From contig JBBQFD010000002.1 in assembly GCA_038321575.1 (NCBI GenBank), forward strand, positions 1 to 60,782: a stretch of 60,782 nt of DNA. Reading direction: 5' to 3'. The position numbers were made by a program, and so were the translations under genes. The DNA is from Bacilli bacterium (GTDB lineage: Bacteria; Bacillota_I; Bacilli_A; RF39; UBA660). Below the pieces are notes generated by a model. The model had not been told where the DNA came from and searched no databases. It saw only the letters and a program-made list of their open reading frames with translations. Of this stretch, positions 58,918-60,782 are shown piece by piece; positions within the stretch are counted from its first letter, which is position 1, and each line of letters starts with the position of its first letter.

Positions 58918-59736
58918 TTACTTTTGGCATAATGGACAGTAATAAGTACCGCGTCCACCTACTTTAATTTTTAAAATCTTAGTGCCACAGGTATAACATT
59001 GCTTACCTTCCCTAGCATGAACTAATAATTCGTTTTGAAAATGACCATGGTTATCACCAGCACTAAAAGTACGAATGGTAGTACCACCAGCTAGGATAGC
59101 TTTATTGAGAACAAGGATAGTATTTTTAATAATTTTATCTAATTCTTCTTTAGTTAGTTTGTTAGCTTCTTTTAAGGGGTTTATATGGCTTATGTGAAGG
59201 ATTTCATCAGCATAGATGTTACCAATGCCAACAATGATCCTTTGGTCTAGGATGGTTGATTTAATGGGTAATTTCTTATGTTTATATTTATCTTTTAGAT
59301 ATGAACTTGTTAATAAGGGATCCCATGGTTCTAAACCAAGTTCACTAAAAGGTTTTCCAATGTTTTCATCACCCTTTTTAACAAGACGCATACGACCAAA
59401 TTTACGAGTATCTTGATAACGAAGTTCAGTATCATCATCTAAAATAAATGAAACATGTTCATGTTTATTAACAAGATCATTATGATTACGCAGATTATAC
59501 TTACCTTCCATACGTAAGTGACTTAGTAAATAGAAGTGATCAAGTTCAAACATTAACCATTTACCACGTCTTTTAACTTCATTTATTTTTTCATTGATAA
59601 TTAGTTTTTTAAATTCATCACTGGTTGGATACTCAATGGTTTTAGCATAATAGATATTTATATCTTTAATGGTTTTACCCATAACATTAGTCCTTAATAT
59701 TTGACGAACAGTTTCGACTTCTGGTAATTCAGGCAT
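58918..59736 (-). CDS. mutM: Formamidopyrimidine-DNA glycosylase
   Basis: MPELPEVETV.. N-terminus and a C-terminal zinc finger (CYTCG..YYCPLCQ). Confidence 0.95.
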   Translation of the reverse strand: MPELPEVETVRQILRTNVMGKTIKDINIYYAKTIEYPTSDEFKKLIINEKINEVKRRGKWLMFELDHFYLLSHLRMEGKYNLRNHNDLVNKHEHVSFILDDDTELRYQDTRKFGRMRLVKKGDENIGKPFSELGLEPWDPLLTSSYLKDKYKHKKLPIKSTILDQRIIVGIGNIYADEILHISHINPLKEANKLTKEELDKIIKNTILVLNKAILAGGTTIRTFSAGDNHGHFQNELLVHAREGKQCYTCGTKILKIKVGGRGTYYCPLCQK

Positions 59737-59782
59737 ATTATCACCTCACTTTAATATTATAACACTAAAAAAGATAGCCAAA

Positions 59783-60343
59783 CTATCTTTTAAAACTGTA
59801 TGTCTTTACTAATTGTTTAATATTGTCTTCAGCGTTTGGAATTTTCATTTCATTTTGGGCAGCTAAGTCTTCGTCTAAAACTTTTTTCATTTGCATAGCA
59901 CCTTTTGCTTCTAGTGCAAACTTTTCGTAAAGTTCTTTGAATTTGATAATATTTTCTGGTTTATACATATTAAACATTTCATCAAATTCAACTTCAGTGG
60001 TTGGTTTAACCATACGTTTAATAAAAGCGTCTTCTGTATGAGGATAAAAGATACCACATCCTTCATTATATGATTTCTCATCAACAATTGGAATACGGCT
60101 GAATACTTCCACTAATTGATTATTTTCTTCTTCAAAAACCATAAAATTAGGTACATTTTGTTCACTAACTCTTCTTTTTTTGGGGTAATAATGGATTTTA
60201 ATAATAATGTTGTCAGTTAAAAAATAATGCTTTTCGATATTTCTAATTACTACTAATTTGCCATTAATTCTTTTACTTACTTCGTTATAAGAATATCTAA
60301 CGATATTATAACCATGAATTGTAAAATATTTTGATTCGCTCAT
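59783..60343 (-). CDS. Hypothetical protein, paralog of the next gene
   Basis: 186 aa. ..MVFEEENNQLVEVFSRIPIVDEKSYNEGCGIFY.. aligns with 60407..60782. Confidence 0.45.
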   Translation of the reverse strand: MSESKYFTIHGYNIVRYSYNEVSKRINGKLVVIRNIEKHYFLTDNIIIKIHYYPKKRRVSEQNVPNFMVFEEENNQLVEVFSRIPIVDEKSYNEGCGIFYPHTEDAFIKRMVKPTTEVEFDEMFNMYKPENIIKFKELYEKFALEAKGAMQMKKVLDEDLAAQNEMKIPNAEDNIKQLVKTYSFKR

Positions 60344-60406
60344 AAATTTAACCTCCTGTTTGGCCCTTACATTATAGCATTTATTAATGAAAATGCAAAT
60401 TATAAG

Positions 60407-60782
60407 CTATTTACTTTTATGAGAATTAATTAATTTTAGTTTTTTTGGTTTATCTAAATCAGTTATTGAGTTATTTTGATTTTCCAACTGTTTTTTAATA
60501 AGCATTGCCTCATATGCTTCTAAAACAAACTTTTGATAAGCTATTTTTATTTTCAATGTTTCTTTGCCACCATAATTGCTAAATATTTGTGAAACTTCAT
60601 TAGGACTTGATGGCACAAGAATTTTTTCATTAGCTTTTCTTTTAGTAACATAAAAAATTCCTTTACCACTATCATATGATTCCAATTCAACAAGGGGAAC
60701 TCTAGTAAAGAATTCGACATAACTATCATCGATTAGTTCGAAGACCATTTTATAGTTATGTTCGCCTACAAAGGTTTTAATA
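60407..60782 (-). CDS. Hypothetical protein, paralog of 59783..60343 (5' end probably outside the window)
   Basis: ..MVFELIDDSYVEFFTRVPLVELESYDSGKGIFY... The frame stays open upstream of the ATG at 60748 to the window edge (..IKTFVGEHNYK-MVFE..) and aligns with the interior of its paralog. Confidence 0.4.
   Translation of the reverse strand, partial: IKTFVGEHNYKMVFELIDDSYVEFFTRVPLVELESYDSGKGIFYVTKRKANEKILVPSSPNEVSQIFSNYGGKETLKIKIAYQKFVLEAYEAMLIKKQLENQNNSITDLDKPKKLKLINSHKSK

Overview
AT-rich (about 30% GC by eye) chromosomal window that uses the standard genetic code: long ORFs are intact and TGA serves as a stop. It comes from a low-GC Firmicute with a compact genome, Bacilli-, Erysipelotrichia- or Mollicutes-related but wall-bearing, since FemAB and MurT/GatD are present. 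About 55 of 60 genes lie on the minus strand and gaps are short. Most of the window is a chain of Bacillus-type housekeeping blocks: rplK-rplA / rplJ-rplL-ybxB-rpoB-rpoC ... rpsL-rpsG-fusA-tuf; secE-nusG; gatCAB; mrnC-rlmB-sigH; rimM-trmD ... rplS-lepB-rbgA; ybeY-dgkA-cdd-era-recO-glyQS; pheST behind a Phe T-box; ylbM(tmcAL)/ylbN-rpmF; mutM. I see no rRNA, tRNA, CRISPR, transposase or phage genes. The unusual content is six genes with class III (prepilin-type) signal peptides scattered between these blocks, with no pilus-assembly gene in the window. Three of them carry large non-pilin C-terminal modules. Two are BspA-type leucine-rich-repeat proteins, each followed by a paralogous lipoprotein, forming a tandemly duplicated two-gene module at 41656..45520. 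The third carries an FGE-sulfatase-like domain and is translationally coupled to the pyruvate:ferredoxin oxidoreductase gene. I rank this pilin-headed surface-protein set as the best candidate for an undescribed system. Other oddities are an L11 with a C-terminal extension of about 73 aa, a receptor-type degenerate GGDEF protein (NGNEF), an NrtR-like regulator plus a pseudopilin inserted between rpoC and rpsL, and an atypically short glyQS leader. All calls come from reading the ORF translations and the DNA; no database search was run.
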